From the NCBI GenBank assembly GCA_964606845.1, contig CAZSIC010000006.1:1-60281 (forward strand): 60,281 nt of DNA, read 5' to 3'. The notes beneath the pieces were generated by a model. It made no database searches, had not been told where the DNA came from, and saw nothing but the letters and a program-made list of their open reading frames with translations. Below, in pieces: positions 60,048-60,281 of the stretch. Positions within the stretch are counted from its first letter, which is position 1. Every line of letters starts with the position of its first letter. Both the position numbers and the translations under genes were made by a program. The DNA comes from an uncultured Bacteroidales bacterium. Lineage in GTDB: Bacteria > Bacteroidota > Bacteroidia > Bacteroidales > UBA12077.

Positions 60048-60281
60048 ATACTTTCATTTTATTTCTATCAATTGAACGCTTTAATATCGGGTTCTTTAAG
60101 GTCTGAATTTCTAATAAATCAACTTTTCTTTTGAAAAGATTCTCTAAAGATTCCTTAAATTCTATATAATTATCAAAATAATCATACAAATCCACATCGC
60201 CAAATTTCACTAGGAAGTCAATATCACTATGTTTATTAAACTTCTCAGTCAAAATCGATCCAAAAACATACAACTCACTCA
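60016..60281 (-). CDS. MntA-like minimal nucleotidyltransferase antitoxin (5' end beyond the window)
   Basis: VFGS-x9-SDIDFLV, LENLFKRKVDL; frame open to the window edge. Confidence 0.88.
   Translation of the reverse strand, partial: SELYVFGSILTEKFNKHSDIDFLVKFGDVDLYDYFDNYIEFKESLENLFKRKVDLLEIQTLKNPILKRSIDRNKMKVYGRADSKMAV

Overview
AT-rich chromosomal window from a Bacteroidota (probably Bacteroidales-type) bacterium, inferred from recurrent TAnnTTTG -7 promoter boxes and Bacteroidetes-typical gene families. Content is mostly housekeeping and metabolic: rnpB, queA, truA, a purF-like gene, a long RelA/SpoT homolog, sucD, fprA and a P-type ATPase. It also holds a Zur-type metal-uptake operon (Fur regulator, RAPP-ending leader, TonB receptor, two DUF4625-like lipoproteins), darA-darB dialkylresorcinol genes, a GlpD/alkyl-DHAP-synthase-like/FGGY operon, an ABCG-like three-gene module of unknown function and an MNT-HEPN pair at the right edge. 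No rRNA, tRNA, CRISPR array or intact transposase was seen. The most notable unexplained element is a ~130-nt intergenic minus-strand sequence (28467-28597) with its own promoter box that folds by eye into a closed multi-stem RNA with two perfect 6-bp pseudoknots and matches no RNA family I recognise. Also notable: two near-identical 166-bp hairpin MITEs, REP-like hairpins with a compensatory base change, a tandem adenylate kinase with a degenerate second domain, and an 8-bp tandem repeat containing a G-quadruplex motif. All calls come from motif reading only; no database searches were run.
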